Of a DNA stretch of 64,000 bases, positions 8,435-18,235 are shown piece by piece. Source of the stretch: Alistipes sp. UBA940 (GTDB taxonomy: Bacteria > Bacteroidota > Bacteroidia > Bacteroidales > Rikenellaceae); contig DBDE01000043.1 of NCBI GenBank assembly GCA_002293425.1, positions 41,021-105,020 on the forward strand. Direction: 5' to 3'. The notes under the pieces are model-generated. The model was not told where the DNA came from. It saw nothing but the letters and a program-made list of their open reading frames with translations, and made no database searches. The translations under genes and the position numbers were made by a program. Each line of letters starts with the position of its first letter. The first letter of the stretch is position 1.

Positions 8435-9394
8435 ATGAAGAAACTTGTTTTAATAGCAATGTTTGCGGCACTCCCCTTGGTCTGCATGGCCCAAAAAAAG
8501 ATAACAGGGAGTGTGGAAATTATGCCCAACTATCTGTGGCATATGTTCGCCGCATCCAATCTGTGGGACAAGCCCGAAAATCCTTACGGCGATAAATATG
8601 GATATACGATACCGGAGGCCGACAGGCAGTTTCTGTACGACAACAGAGAGCTTATCGCTTGGGGCAACTCACAGGGAGGGATGCTGGCCGGAGGGATGTT
8701 TTTCATCCCACTGCAAAATGAGACCACCATCGAGGAATATGTTGCTTTTCTTGAAGACGCCACGGCTATGGTTCCGGAATCGTTTGTGCCCATTTGCAAG
8801 GAGCTTGTTCGGATAATGAGGGACAATTATCCCCGCTTCGAGCGTGAGGTGTGGCCCCTTTTGGAGCCCGATCTTTTGAAAGCCAAAGATATGATCGAGG
8901 CGCGGTTTTCAGGAACGGATCCGATAGCCCTGTGGGAAGCAAATCTCGGCCTGCCATACCCCGGAGAGAAGAAGGAGCTTGTACTTACCTATGCCAACCA
9001 CGCCGGTCTGCCCTCGGCCAACGATCTCGGGCCTGAGAGGAATAACTTCGGCATCATACCGGACGAGAGGGTTGTAGAGAGTGTCCGTCAGACCGTTCTG
9101 CACGAGATTGGCATATACACAATAATGCCGACCATCAGAAAGTTGCAATCCGACCAATCTCTGCAAAGCGATTTTCTGCAAAGCGGCAATATAGTTTATG
9201 TAGCTTTCGAGACCTTCGCCGAAAAGAGGAAAGACGACATTTTCGGGGGCGAGCGTCGGGTCTTTTTGCCCCAATGGGAGGCCGAATACAAGTGGTTCTA
9301 CGACTACTATCTCAAGCACGACTTCGCCGGAGCAGACCCCGAGACATTGCTACGGAGTGCTATCGCCGAATTTGTCGCTAATTTTGCAGGATGA
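8435..9394 (+). CDS. Hypothetical secreted protein
   Basis: 319 aa with signal peptide MKKLVLIAMFAALPLVCMA. I recognise no domain. Its last 20 nt lie inside the 51-bp repeat. Confidence 0.6.
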   Translation: MKKLVLIAMFAALPLVCMAQKKITGSVEIMPNYLWHMFAASNLWDKPENPYGDKYGYTIPEADRQFLYDNRELIAWGNSQGGMLAGGMFFIPLQNETTIEEYVAFLEDATAMVPESFVPICKELVRIMRDNYPRFEREVWPLLEPDLLKAKDMIEARFSGTDPIALWEANLGLPYPGEKKELVLTYANHAGLPSANDLGPERNNFGIIPDERVVESVRQTVLHEIGIYTIMPTIRKLQSDQSLQSDFLQSGNIVYVAFETFAEKRKDDIFGGERRVFLPQWEAEYKWFYDYYLKHDFAGADPETLLRSAIAEFVANFAG

Positions 9395-9425
9395 AACGTG
9401 AAAATATATTTGCAGCGGCAGCGAT
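9375..9425 (+). repeat. 51-bp direct repeat, copy A
   Basis: TCGCTAATTTTGCAGGATGAAACGTGAAAATATATTTGCAGCGGCAGCGAT is identical to 18185-18235. It contains a perfect TAATTTTG box followed 4 nt later by ATG. Confidence 0.95.
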
Positions 9426-9564
9426 CACCGGCGACCTGCACGTCAAGAGCGACACCCACGTCAGGAACATCCGCGTGGACGAGTACCTCGAAGTGCCGGA
9501 GTTGAAGTACAACCGCATCACCGCAAGACTATCGGGCAGTATGGACGAGTTGCAAAGATATCTA

Positions 9565-10248
9565 TTACAGCAAATTCGTCACGTCATTGACCAATTCGCC
9601 GTCGAACAGGTTCAGGGTTCGGTGGGCATAGGCGGCATCGTGCTGTGAGTGAGTCACCATAATCACGGTGGTTCCCTCCTTGTTGAGTTCGTCGAGAAGC
9701 TCCATCACCTCCTTGCCGTTCTTCGAATCGAGGTTACCCGTCGGCTCATCGGCGAGGATCAATTTGGGGTTGGCGACCACAGCACGGGCGATTGCCACAC
9801 GCTGTTGCTGGCCTCCCGAAAGTTGCTGCGGAAAGTGTTTCGCACGGTGGCTGATGTTCATACGCTTCAGCATATCTTCAACCATTTGCTTGCGGTCGGC
9901 GGCCTTGATTCGAAGATAGATGAGCGGTAGCTCAACGTTCTCGTAAACATTCAACTCATCGATAAGGTTGAAACTCTGGAACACGAACCCGATATTGCCT
10001 TTGCGGAACAGCGTGCGGTCTTTTTCCTTGAAATTTCCAACTTTGTGGCCAAGCAAGGAGTAATTTCCCGATGTGGGGTTGTCGAGCAGGCCGAGAATGT
10101 TCATCAGAGTCGATTTTCCGCAACCCGAGGGTCCCATGATCGCCACGAATTCGCCTTGCTTAACTTCAAATGAGACGCCGTTCAGAGCGACGGTCTCGAT
10201 CTCTTCCGTGCGGAAGATCTTCTTCAGATTTTCAATTTTTAACATCAT
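9565..10248 (-). CDS. ABC transporter ATP-binding protein (MacB/LolD type)
   Basis: 227 aa with Walker [10 protein letters not shown], signature [14 protein letters not shown] and Walker [12 protein letters not shown]. Confidence 0.9.
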   Translation of the reverse strand: MMLKIENLKKIFRTEEIETVALNGVSFEVKQGEFVAIMGPSGCGKSTLMNILGLLDNPTSGNYSLLGHKVGNFKEKDRTLFRKGNIGFVFQSFNLIDELNVYENVELPLIYLRIKAADRKQMVEDMLKRMNISHRAKHFPQQLSGGQQQRVAIARAVVANPKLILADEPTGNLDSKNGKEVMELLDELNKEGTTVIMVTHSQHDAAYAHRTLNLFDGELVNDVTNLL

Positions 10249-10265
10249 ATTTATCAGATATTATA

Positions 10266-12608
10266 TTAGCTTTTGATCGCATCAATCGGGTTTGCGTTCG
10301 CGGCGCGCGAGCTTTGCCACAACACCGTGATGAAGGCGGTGACGAATGCGAATGCTCCGGCGGCGATAAATATCCACGGCGAGAGGTCGATGCGGTAGCT
10401 GTAACTCGACAGCCACCACCTCATAACCAACCATATCACAGGCACGGAGAGCACGAAGGCAATGAGCACGAGTTTGAGGAAATTGGACACCAAGCGGCGA
10501 AGTATCTCGCCGCGAGTGGAGCCGAACACCTTGCGGGTGGCAATCTCCGAGGCGCGCTGCTGGATGAAGTACGTGGACATCGCCAGCAGTCCGAGCATCG
10601 ATATTAGTATTGCAATGAGGGTGAATATCACGACGATGGTATAGGTCCTTTGTTGCAAGTCGTAGGTCGCCTTTATCTCGTCTTCGAAGAACTCGCCGGT
10701 GAATTCGAGCTCGGTGAGCCGCTCGTAAACTTCGCGCACATCTGCAAGGGCGGCGTTCGTGTCTCCCTGCACCTTGACCAGAAACTGCCACGGAAAGAGA
10801 GTTCCGTCGGGCATTACGATTATAAACACCGGCGGCATTTGGAATTCGAGCGACGATAGCATCGAGCCCACACGGAAGTTCTTAACAACCCCGAGTACGG
10901 ATATCGGTTCTTCCCTGAAGCCCCTTATCTCAGTATCTCTCTCGTCAAGGCCAAACTCGAACTCTGCGACCTCGTTTATCCAGGCCCCGTTAGCGGACGC
11001 CATGTTGTTGTCCTTCAACACCTCGAAGCCCATCATTCGGAAAAACGTCGAATCGGCACGAAATATTTGGACACTGAGGTTCTTCCCCTCGTACTCGGAG
11101 GTCAAATTGTTGCCGCGGTTGAACGGATGGCCCTGGGCGATCGCCACATCCCTGACCGAGGCCAGTTGCTTCAACTCGTTGCGGAACGTGGTGACCATAT
11201 CCATCGAATGGAAGCCTGTACTCGGGACGTCGATAATGTTCTCGGTGTTATAGCCCAGCGGTGCCGAGATCATGTGGCGTATCTGAAGCAACAAGGTGAT
11301 CGAGGCGGCAATCAGTGAGATCGTGATCACGTTCTGGAAAACGATGAATATCCGGCTGAAGACCATCTTGCTCCGATGGCGGAAACTGCCTTTGACCACG
11401 TCGATGGGTTTATAGCGCGAGATGAATATGGCGGGGATTACTCCCGAAACGACACCCATAACGATGATGAGTGCCAGAGATGCACCCGAGGTCGCCCACG
11501 TCATACCGCCCATAACGTCCAATCGCCTCTGAAGCAGGTCGCCCGCTACATTCTGCAAGGCCACAGCGAGCATAAGCCCCATCGCAAATGCGAATGCGCA
11601 CACCAGCGTGGATTCGAGGATGAACTTGGAGAATATCTCGCCGCGCGAGGCTCCAAGCAGTCGGCGCGAAGCCATCTCTTTGGCACGGAATGCGGTCTGT
11701 GCCACTGTCAGGTTGATGTAGTTGATGATGGCAAATATCAATATCAGCACACCTACCGAGATGAGTATCGCAACGAATGTGAAGTCGCCCTGACGCAGGT
11801 CCTCGCGACTTGTGGATAGCTCCGAGAAATAGAAGTCGTCCAACGGGGTGAGAATCACCTCATTCATCAGTCCCAAATGATAGGGCCAGAAGATCCCTTT
11901 GAAATACTCCTCCATATCGGGTATCTTCGACACCAAATCGGCCCCCGGGTGGGTCATGATAAACATCACGACACCATCCGAGTTATCCATATGATTCTTG
12001 GAGATGGAACCGTTAAAATAGTCCTCCATGTTCTCCAGGTTCATGATAATGTCGATCTCGGGAAACGACGAGTTGTGGAAATCTTCGGCTATGCCCGCCA
12101 CCATCATTGAGATGTCGCCACCGTCGGCAGTGATGGTTTGGCCTAACGGATCGGTGTCGCCGAAAGCCTTGCGGGCAAACCTTTCCGAGACAATGACATC
12201 GGTCTTTGTGCGGAGTATGGCCCCCGGATCGCCCTCTATCATGCGGAAAGAGAACACGTCGTAGAATGTGCTGTCTACCAGCAGTATATCGGCATTGTAG
12301 CGGGTGTCCAACACATCGACCTCGGTGTGTTCCTGTGCCGTGGCGCATATCTTATCGATCTCGGGATAGCGGCTCAACAGGTGGGGTGCGATCCCATAGC
12401 CGGAGCCTATGACAAATTCGGAGCCGAGGGCGTATATCCGGTCGCGGTTCTTCTGGAACTTATCGACCGACAACTCCTGCACGGTGTAAGTCCCAATCAG
12501 AATAACGAACATCAGCGAGATCGAGAGCCCGAAGATGTTGATCGCCGTGTAAAGTTTGTTCCTTGCGAGGAACTTTGAAAAAGACCTGAAATTTAATGGA
12601 TTGACCAT
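10266..12608 (-). CDS. ABC transporter permease (FtsX/MacB-type, duplicated)
   Basis: 780 aa with two FtsX-like C-terminal four-helix modules (EMASRRLLGASRGEIFSKF and EIATRKVFGSTRGEILRRL) separated by large extracytoplasmic regions. Confidence 0.85.
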   Translation of the reverse strand: MVNPLNFRSFSKFLARNKLYTAINIFGLSISLMFVILIGTYTVQELSVDKFQKNRDRIYALGSEFVIGSGYGIAPHLLSRYPEIDKICATAQEHTEVDVLDTRYNADILLVDSTFYDVFSFRMIEGDPGAILRTKTDVIVSERFARKAFGDTDPLGQTITADGGDISMMVAGIAEDFHNSSFPEIDIIMNLENMEDYFNGSISKNHMDNSDGVVMFIMTHPGADLVSKIPDMEEYFKGIFWPYHLGLMNEVILTPLDDFYFSELSTSREDLRQGDFTFVAILISVGVLILIFAIINYINLTVAQTAFRAKEMASRRLLGASRGEIFSKFILESTLVCAFAFAMGLMLAVALQNVAGDLLQRRLDVMGGMTWATSGASLALIIVMGVVSGVIPAIFISRYKPIDVVKGSFRHRSKMVFSRIFIVFQNVITISLIAASITLLLQIRHMISAPLGYNTENIIDVPSTGFHSMDMVTTFRNELKQLASVRDVAIAQGHPFNRGNNLTSEYEGKNLSVQIFRADSTFFRMMGFEVLKDNNMASANGAWINEVAEFEFGLDERDTEIRGFREEPISVLGVVKNFRVGSMLSSLEFQMPPVFIIVMPDGTLFPWQFLVKVQGDTNAALADVREVYERLTELEFTGEFFEDEIKATYDLQQRTYTIVVIFTLIAILISMLGLLAMSTYFIQQRASEIATRKVFGSTRGEILRRLVSNFLKLVLIAFVLSVPVIWLVMRWWLSSYSYRIDLSPWIFIAAGAFAFVTAFITVLWQSSRAANANPIDAIKS

Positions 12609-12622
12609 GTGTTATTTGTTTT

Positions 12623-13912
12623 TTATTTTGTCAATATCAGTATATCGCTGTCCCCGAAGCTGTCGTAGCCTGAAACTATGACTTTTTCGCCGGGTGTGAG
12701 ACCTTCCAGCACCTCATAGTGCTGCGGGTTCTGGCGACCTATGCTAATCGTGCGTTTGTATGCACGGGAGCCGTCGGGCGACAGAACATAGATCCACTTG
12801 CCGCCGGTCTTTTGGTAGAACGAGCCGCGAGGGATCATCACCGCCTCGGTGGGTTGGCCGAGTTGCAGGTTGAGATAATAGGTCTGGCCGCTTCGGATAT
12901 TCTCCGGACGTTCGCCCGTGAAGGTGAAGTCGGCTTTGAACTGTCCGCTGCGTACTTCGGGATAGACCTTGTGAAGCAATACGCCGAAGGCCGTGCCCTG
13001 GCGATCGAAGGTAGCTTCGAGACCCGTCCTAACGCGGTCGATATAGTGTTCGCCCACCTGCGCTTCGATCTTGTAGTCCGACAGATCGTTGATCTGGCCT
13101 ATCTTCTGCCCCATCGTCACCGACTGGCCGAGAACCACGTCCAACAGGCCGAGTTCGCCGTCGATGGGCGATTTGATACGCAGGTTGTCGATACGTTGGC
13201 GGATAAGGGTCATATTGCGCTGCATATTGTCGAGATTGTCCTCCAACTGCTCTATCTGCACCGTTCGGTAAAGGGAATCCTGCTTCTGCCGCTCCATAAC
13301 GAGGTCGCGGCGGGTTACTGAGAGATCGTAATCCTCTTTCGATTCGAGCCATTCCTCGCGCGAGACAAGCTTCTCGCGATATAGCTCCGCGTTCTGCTCA
13401 TATTTTCGCTGCTTGCGTTGCACGTCGAGGTCGAGTTGGGCTTTTTCCTGCCGCAGGTTGAGCCTGTCCTGCTCCATAGCTATCATGGTGTTGCGCAGGA
13501 AGTTCTGTTTCTCGGCAAGCTGCGCCTCGCTGTCGAGTATCTGGAGGTTGAGTTGGTTGTTGCTCAAAACAATGATCACGTCGCCTTTCTTTACCGTAGC
13601 ACCCTCCTCAACGATCCTCTCTTCGACGATACCGCCTTCAAGTGGACTGAGCTGTACGGTCGTGATGGGCTGCACCTGCCCCGACACCCTTATGTAGTCG
13701 TTGAACTCGCCCGACTCCGCCGCGCCGATGGTTACCAGACGCTCTTCGACCCTGAGCGTGGACGAGTTATCACGAAATATCAGCCAGATCACCAAACACA
13801 CGAACAGAGCCCCAGCCAGCCAAGGCCAATTTTTCTTTCTAAGTACGGCCTTCCAGCCCTTCTTCTTTTCGATCTTGCGATCCATCTTTTGCGTTACTTC
13901 TTTGTTGTCCAT
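12623..13912 (-). CDS. HlyD-family periplasmic adaptor subunit
   Basis: 429 aa. It has an N-terminal membrane anchor, a long coiled-coil region (LNLQILDSEAQLAEKQNFLRN...) and lipoyl/beta-barrel motifs (SPLEGGIVEERIVEEGATVKKGDVI, IKSPIDGELG). Confidence 0.85.
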   Translation of the reverse strand: MDNKEVTQKMDRKIEKKKGWKAVLRKKNWPWLAGALFVCLVIWLIFRDNSSTLRVEERLVTIGAAESGEFNDYIRVSGQVQPITTVQLSPLEGGIVEERIVEEGATVKKGDVIIVLSNNQLNLQILDSEAQLAEKQNFLRNTMIAMEQDRLNLRQEKAQLDLDVQRKQRKYEQNAELYREKLVSREEWLESKEDYDLSVTRRDLVMERQKQDSLYRTVQIEQLEDNLDNMQRNMTLIRQRIDNLRIKSPIDGELGLLDVVLGQSVTMGQKIGQINDLSDYKIEAQVGEHYIDRVRTGLEATFDRQGTAFGVLLHKVYPEVRSGQFKADFTFTGERPENIRSGQTYYLNLQLGQPTEAVMIPRGSFYQKTGGKWIYVLSPDGSRAYKRTISIGRQNPQHYEVLEGLTPGEKVIVSGYDSFGDSDILILTK

Positions 13913-13919
13913 ATCTTTT

Positions 13920-15245
13920 TTATAGTCTTATCAAAGGTTCCCCCGCGTAGTATTCCACGAGGCGGCATTTTATCATATATTGCAGATGCGCGTTAAGTTT
14001 TCGCGATTGTGCCTCCAACAGGCGATTGGCGCTGGTTTGCAGGTCGAGGGCGGAAACCATTCCCTGCTCGAATTTCTGCGTGATGGCCTTGTGAGCAAGC
14101 TCCGCAGCCTCGACCGTTTTGGAGGCTTGGATGTACTCCTTGCCGTAGCCCTGCATCTGACGGTAGTTCTGTTCTATCTCGCTCTGGAGCGACCGCTCGA
14201 CCTCCACCACGTTCTGCGCGGCTATGTTCATACTGTTACGGGAGCGTTTCACAGCCGTGTGCCTGCCCAAGGCCCCGAAAATGGGTACGCTGAGCGTCGC
14301 CCCGAAATAATAACCCCGCCTGTTCGCCAACTGTGAGGCGAACGATGGGAGATTCGGCGTTACACGGTCGTGGTAGAACGATGTCGAATAACCGCCACCG
14401 ATGTGGATGCTCGGCCAAAGATTCCCCTTGGTGGCACTGAAGTTCAACTCCCTGTATCGCAGGGCGAGCTGAGCCGATTTCAGGCGTGGGTTGATCTCCA
14501 TAGCCTGCGAAATTACATCGTCCACGGGGGTGTCGAGACCGTTTTGAAATACACGAACCTCGGTATCTATTTCGAGTTCATCGACAACGGGATAGTTCAT
14601 TCTCTCTTTGAGGACGATCATCGCCTGGTCGCGCAGGTTCTCCTGTTGGATGAGGGCGTAGTCGTCCGCCGCCATCTGGGCCTCCAACTGCAACCGCTCT
14701 GCCGCGCTCACTATGCCCAGCTCCTCCTGCTTGCTTCCTTTGCGGTAGTTCTCAGTGCTTGCCGCCAACTGTGCGGCGGCGAATTCGGCGGCCTTCGAGT
14801 AATAGACCACATCGAAATATGCCTGCATAACCTCCAGTGCCACCTCGTCCTTCACCTGCTCGATCTCCTCACGCCCCATTGCCACACTCACACGGGTCGC
14901 CCGATAGGTGTTTATTCTGCTCAGTCCGGCGAACAGCGGCATCTGTGCCGAAAGCGAATAAGTGTTCGAGAAGTTGATATTGGTCGTGTAAGAGTTGGTC
15001 TGGGGGTCGACCGAACGCCCGTGGTTGCTGGTGGCCGACACGTCTCCACTAATCGAGGGGAAGAGCGAAGCAAGAGCCTCGTTGCGGTCCTGACGGTAGT
15101 TATCGTTGGTGTAGTCCTGCTTTTTTACTCTCGTGCTGTTCTCCACGGCATAAGCCATACACTCGTCCAGCATCATCGGAACGGTTTGCGCGGCGGCATC
15201 TGTCAATATTATTGACACCATAATTAACGAATATAGCCTTTTCAT
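13920..15245 (-). CDS. TolC-family outer membrane efflux protein
   Basis: 441 aa with a signal peptide. It has two repeated alpha-helical/beta units typical of TolC (LDECMAYAVENSTRVKK..., LQLEAQMAADDYA..., LDLQTSANRLLEAQSRKLNA). Confidence 0.85.
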   Translation of the reverse strand: MKRLYSLIMVSIILTDAAAQTVPMMLDECMAYAVENSTRVKKQDYTNDNYRQDRNEALASLFPSISGDVSATSNHGRSVDPQTNSYTTNINFSNTYSLSAQMPLFAGLSRINTYRATRVSVAMGREEIEQVKDEVALEVMQAYFDVVYYSKAAEFAAAQLAASTENYRKGSKQEELGIVSAAERLQLEAQMAADDYALIQQENLRDQAMIVLKERMNYPVVDELEIDTEVRVFQNGLDTPVDDVISQAMEINPRLKSAQLALRYRELNFSATKGNLWPSIHIGGGYSTSFYHDRVTPNLPSFASQLANRRGYYFGATLSVPIFGALGRHTAVKRSRNSMNIAAQNVVEVERSLQSEIEQNYRQMQGYGKEYIQASKTVEAAELAHKAITQKFEQGMVSALDLQTSANRLLEAQSRKLNAHLQYMIKCRLVEYYAGEPLIRL

Positions 15246-15280
15246 AGGGTTTAGCAGTTATGTTCATCTATCTGTATAAT

Positions 15281-15300
15281 CACTTACCACGACCGTGCCA
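15281..15300 (-). promoter_or_regulatory. Possible sigma-54 (-24/-12) promoter upstream of the efflux operon
   Basis: The minus strand reads TGGCACGGTCGTGGTAAGTG. The -24 TGGCAC is perfect. The -12 element is TGGTA rather than TTGCA. It lies about 35 nt upstream of the TolC start and next to a sigma-54-dependent regulator gene. Confidence 0.3.
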
Positions 15301-15451
15301 CAAATGGAAAAGCCTGATACAGAGCGTATTACGATTTTTGCACATTGAAAAACTGTCAATATTGTTTACACTAATGTAATTTGTATAGACAAAATGATGT
15401 CCGGCATCGAAAAATAACCTACTTTTGACCCGTAACTTGATTTGATGAGAT

Positions 15452-16804
15452 ATGACAAAGGAAGGTACCATATTGGTTGTAGATGACAACAAAGGCGTTC
15501 TTTCAGCATTGGAACTGCTGCTGAACGGATATTTCGACAAGGTGGTGATGACCTCCACTCCCAACCAGATAGATTTCGCGCTTCGGGATGAGAAACCCGA
15601 CGTGGTGCTGCTCGATATGAACTTCTCGGCTGGCATTAACAACGGCAACGAAGGGTTGTTTTGGCTCAGGCGCATCAAGGAGCAACGTCCCGAAGTCGAG
15701 GTGGTGCTCTTCACCGCCTATGCCGACATCGACCTCGCGGTGAGAGGGATCAAAGAGGGTGCCTTCGATTTTGTATCCAAACCGTGGGACAACGACAAGT
15801 TGTTAACCACGTTGCAGGGAGCCTATAATCTCCGGCGTTCGCGCAAAAGTGTGAAGCATCTCAAGGAGATCAAGCGAGAACTGCTCAACGAATCGACCAT
15901 GTATTGGGGCGAGAGCGAAGCGATGAAGCGGCTGCGGGATACGGTCGAAAAGGTGGCCGACACCGATGCTTATATCCTGATCACCGGCGAGAACGGAACG
16001 GGCAAGGAGATTCTCGCTCGAGAGATACACAAACTCTCCTCGCGAAAGGGCGAGTTGATGGTCGCGGTTGATGTCGGAGCGTTACCCGAATCGCTATTCG
16101 AGAGCGAACTGTTCGGCCATGTGAAAGGATCGTTTACCGACGCCAAGACCGACAGGGCGGGTAAGTTCGAGGTCGCAAACCACGGCACCCTGTTTCTCGA
16201 CGAAATAGGCAATATTCCTCTCCATCTGCAAGCCAAGCTCTTGACCGCCATTCAGAGCGGACAGATCACGCGGGTGGGCAGCAACACCCCCATTCCGGTC
16301 GATATACGGCTTATTAGTGCCACGAACCGCAATGTTCTCGATATGGCCGCTCAGGGCACGTTCCGTGAAGACCTGCTCTACCGTATCAACACCATCCACC
16401 TCGACCTTCCCCCTTTGCGCCAACGCATCGAGGATATTGTGCCCCTGGCCGAAATGTTCCACGCGAAATACGCTGCCAAGTACAACAAACCCGCATCAAG
16501 CTTCAGCCGGGAAGCGAAAAAGATGCTATCGACCTACTCCTGGCCGGGTAATATCCGTGAACTGCAACACACGATCGAGAAGGCGGTCATCCTTTCCGGC
16601 GGCAAGGTGATAGACACCGATACCTTATTGCTCGACACGCGCCGCAGATCGATCGCCGATCCGGGATCGACACTCAGAGAGATTGAGAGAGAGGTCATAC
16701 GCGAGGCTATCGAGCGTCACGGCGGCAACCTGTCGGCGGTGGCCGGGCAGTTGGGCATCACGCGGCAGGCTCTTTATAATAAGATTAAACGCTTCGAGTT
16801 ATGA
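15452..16804 (+). CDS. Sigma-54-dependent response regulator (NtrC family)
   Basis: 450 aa. Receiver domain (ILVVDDNKGV...VVLLDMNF). AAA+ domain (GENGTGKEILAREIH, ESELFGHVKGSFTDA which is the GAFTGA-type sigma-54 contact, and FLDEIGN). C-terminal Fis-type HTH (NLSAVAGQLGITRQALYNKIKRF). Confidence 0.9.
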   Translation: MTKEGTILVVDDNKGVLSALELLLNGYFDKVVMTSTPNQIDFALRDEKPDVVLLDMNFSAGINNGNEGLFWLRRIKEQRPEVEVVLFTAYADIDLAVRGIKEGAFDFVSKPWDNDKLLTTLQGAYNLRRSRKSVKHLKEIKRELLNESTMYWGESEAMKRLRDTVEKVADTDAYILITGENGTGKEILAREIHKLSSRKGELMVAVDVGALPESLFESELFGHVKGSFTDAKTDRAGKFEVANHGTLFLDEIGNIPLHLQAKLLTAIQSGQITRVGSNTPIPVDIRLISATNRNVLDMAAQGTFREDLLYRINTIHLDLPPLRQRIEDIVPLAEMFHAKYAAKYNKPASSFSREAKKMLSTYSWPGNIRELQHTIEKAVILSGGKVIDTDTLLLDTRRRSIADPGSTLREIEREVIREAIERHGGNLSAVAGQLGITRQALYNKIKRFEL

Positions 16805-18105
16805 ATAAGAAGAAACCATTCGTACCGGTTAAACAGATGGTGCTGGCCATTATCGGTCTCGTAATCAGCGTGGCCGCCATTCTACTCCTCATATACTTCG
16901 AGCAATATCATTACACTTGGATAGCATTAGGAGGTATGGTATGGGCGGCGTATCGCATCGTAACCCTCTATATGAAGCCTATCCGTAAGGCGATGTTTCT
17001 GTTCGATGCCATAGACAATAACGATTACACATTCCGTTTCCCTGAGGATATAGCTATCGCCGATGACGCGGCTTACAACAAAATCCTCAACCGCGCCAAG
17101 GAGATTATCAGCAACACAAAACGCGACACACGGGAGAGGGAGAAATACTACGAGCTGCTTATGAACACCGTGCGCACAGGGATCATCGTGGTGAGCGATT
17201 CGGGCGGCGTCTATCAGGTCAATGACGAGGCGCTCCGGATTTTCAGCCTCCACGTGTTCACCCACATCAGTCAGACCCATCCTATCGATCCCGCAATAGC
17301 CGAGGCAATGAACGCAATTGAGCCGGGCGAAAAACGCGGGCTCACCTTCCACAACGAGAAAGGAGAGGTGTCAGTTTCACTCACCGCGTCTGCGGTAACG
17401 CTGAGGGAAAAGCCAATGAAACTCATTGCCATAAACGACATTGACAACGAATTGGCCGAAAAAGAGCTCGAATCGTGGATGAGGCTCATCCGTGTTCTGA
17501 CCCACGAGATTATGAACTCCCTTGCACCCATCACGTCGCTGAGCAATACGCTGATACGCCTCAACAAGGACGGAGTAATAGCAAAGGAGCTCGAAGCCAT
17601 CAACACAACGAGCAAGAACCTCATTTCTTTCGTAGAATCGTACCGCAAGTTCACCAATATCCCCGTCCCAGACAAAAATCCGTTCCTGCTTTTGCCGATA
17701 TTGGAGCGGGCAGTGGCTCTTCAAGAGGTTGGTCACGGAGTAGAAATTTCGCTGTCGGTGGAGCCGGAGGATACGCTCCTATATGCCGACGAAGGCCAGA
17801 TCACGCAGGTCGCCATCAACCTGACAAAAAATGCGGTGGAAGCTGTTGCAGGGCGCGAAAATCCACGCATAGAAATATCCTCCCGCATCGACGAGTCGGA
17901 AAACATTGTAATCAACATAAGCAATAACGGAGGTATCATCCCCGCCGAAATTGCTGAAAACATCTTCACGCCTTTCTTCACGACCAAAAAGGACGGCACG
18001 GGGATAGGCTTGAGTATCTCGCGCCAGATAATGCGGCTTCACGGTGGCTCGCTCCGCCTTACATCGAATACCGACAGCAAGGTTACGTTCAAGCTTGTGT
18101 TATAG
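16801..18105 (+). CDS. Sensor histidine kinase
   Basis: 434 aa with two N-terminal TM helices, H-box LTHEIMNSLAPI, and N and G boxes (NLTKNAVEA, GTGIGLSISRQIMRLHGG). It overlaps the regulator stop by 4 nt. Confidence 0.9.
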   Translation: MNKKKPFVPVKQMVLAIIGLVISVAAILLLIYFEQYHYTWIALGGMVWAAYRIVTLYMKPIRKAMFLFDAIDNNDYTFRFPEDIAIADDAAYNKILNRAKEIISNTKRDTREREKYYELLMNTVRTGIIVVSDSGGVYQVNDEALRIFSLHVFTHISQTHPIDPAIAEAMNAIEPGEKRGLTFHNEKGEVSVSLTASAVTLREKPMKLIAINDIDNELAEKELESWMRLIRVLTHEIMNSLAPITSLSNTLIRLNKDGVIAKELEAINTTSKNLISFVESYRKFTNIPVPDKNPFLLLPILERAVALQEVGHGVEISLSVEPEDTLLYADEGQITQVAINLTKNAVEAVAGRENPRIEISSRIDESENIVINISNNGGIIPAEIAENIFTPFFTTKKDGTGIGLSISRQIMRLHGGSLRLTSNTDSKVTFKLVL

Positions 18106-18184
18106 ATTCCGCCATCCAAATAAAGTAAAAGGTCTTTGCGAAAGTCTCGAACAGGGGTCGCTTTTTTGATTTTCGGGGACAAAA

Positions 18185-18235
18185 TCGCTAATTTTGCAGG
18201 ATGAAACGTGAAAATATATTTGCAGCGGCAGCGAT
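18185..18235 (+). repeat. 51-bp direct repeat, copy B
   Basis: Identical to 9375-9425. It supplies the TAATTTTG box, the ATG and the first 11 codons of the 18201 gene. Confidence 0.95.

Noticed and set aside
15280-15714. 144-aa minus-strand ORF spanning the TolC/regulator intergenic region.
   Set aside because: It runs antisense through the N-terminus of the well-supported response regulator and across the promoter region. The translation is S/T-rich with no recognisable motif.
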